Shown piece after piece: positions 63,497-64,000 of a stretch of 64,000 nt of DNA. The position numbers and the translations under genes were made by a program. Origin of the DNA: a virus. The stretch lies in the IMG/VR virus record IMGVR_UViG_3300049046_000039, positions 32,001-96,000 of that record. One strand, 5' to 3'. Within the stretch, counting starts at the first letter, position 1. Each line of letters opens with the position of its first letter. The notes beneath the pieces are model-generated. The model did not search any database, was not told the DNA's origin, and saw only the letters and a list, made by a program, of their open reading frames with translations.

Positions 63497-63573
63497 TGGA
63501 TGCCCGCGTGGGACTCGAACCCACACGCACTCGGGTCAAAGCCGAGCCGCCTTACCAGGTAGCGCAACGGGCA
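63497..63573 (-). tRNA. tRNA-Gln(UUG)
   Basis: CTCGG-CTTTGAC-CCGAG; U1-A72; TCCA end. Confidence 0.88.
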
Positions 63574-63578
63574 TTAGA

Positions 63579-63603
63579 GGTGGGTAGGTTTCGCCTACCC
63601 ACC
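63579..63603 (-). terminator. Hairpin after vWA-associated gene
   Basis: GGTGGGTAGG-TTTCG-CCTACCCACC. Confidence 0.65.
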
Positions 63604-63609
63604 AACGTA

Positions 63610-64000
63610 TTAGTTTTCGTAGTAGACCAGACTCGTTCCAGCCTTGAGCTTTCGATTTACCGAAGTCGACTGGATAAAGATGTCGTAGTTGCCGTGACTT
63701 CCAGGCGCCAGTCTGATGTTTCCGTAAGTCGGAAGACCGAGCATCTGTCGAGCAGCAGCACCTTCGTAGACTGCCTGTGAAGACTTGTCTCGAATGAGAA
63801 TCTTCTTGTAGTCCTGAACTACAGGTTCGGTCTTGGTCAGCTGGTAGAAGCCAGCACCCTTAACCATCTCACGACCAAGTCTCTTCTCGATGAAGGGCTT
63901 GATTTGAGTGTCGTTCTCGTTAGAAGCTACAGGCCAGATCGTTACCTTGTTAGATACGTCGACCAGAGCTTCCTTGATCTCTTTTTCAGAGATGTTAGAA
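63610..64000 (-). CDS. C-terminal part of a probable vWA-associated protein; truncated by window edge
   Basis: G..FYQLTK.E.VQ.YK...AR..LGLP...FIQSTSVNRKL. Confidence 0.65.
   Translation of the reverse strand, partial: SNISEKEIKEALVDVSNKVTIWPVASNENDTQIKPFIEKRLGREMVKGAGFYQLTKTEPVVQDYKKILIRDKSSQAVYEGAAARQMLGLPTYGNIRLAPGSHGNYDIFIQSTSVNRKLKAGTSLVYYEN

Noticed and set aside
1-64000. Genome-wide TAG recoding
   Set aside because: Core genes have no internal TAG and several genes end naturally at TAG

Overview
A 64-kb segment of a large T4-like (Tevenvirinae-style) lytic phage genome, nearly all on the minus strand. The host is probably alphaproteobacterial, inferred from a two-piece permuted tmRNA with an ANDN tag. 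Core genes: gp32, gp59, gp33, RNase H, DexA, NrdA/B, ThyX, primase gp61, helicase gp41, UvsX and DNA polymerase gp43. Also present: a NAMPT + NMNAT-Nudix NAD salvage pair, an Acb1-like phosphoesterase, head-packaged proteins, an endolysin/spanin cassette and 12 tRNAs. The most unusual region is 23.8-28.9 kb, which holds two linked systems. (1) Nine ncRNA units (seven here, two at 60.6-61.1 kb) share a covarying terminal stem and a U(U/A)C(A/C)GCAA box. Several carry permuted tRNA modules or anticodon loops, and they surround a TROVE-like/vWA (DUF2828-type) gene. (2) An amber-suppressor tRNA(CUA) is apparently co-transcribed with an ORF that has TAG at codon 6 and with an M-R-amber-NSTGPP minigene, directly upstream of a PTH2-like gene. 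Other unannotated RNAs are an anti-Shine-Dalgarno sRNA, a late structured RNA and a Lys-anticodon mimic. All family calls come from motif recognition by eye, not database searches.
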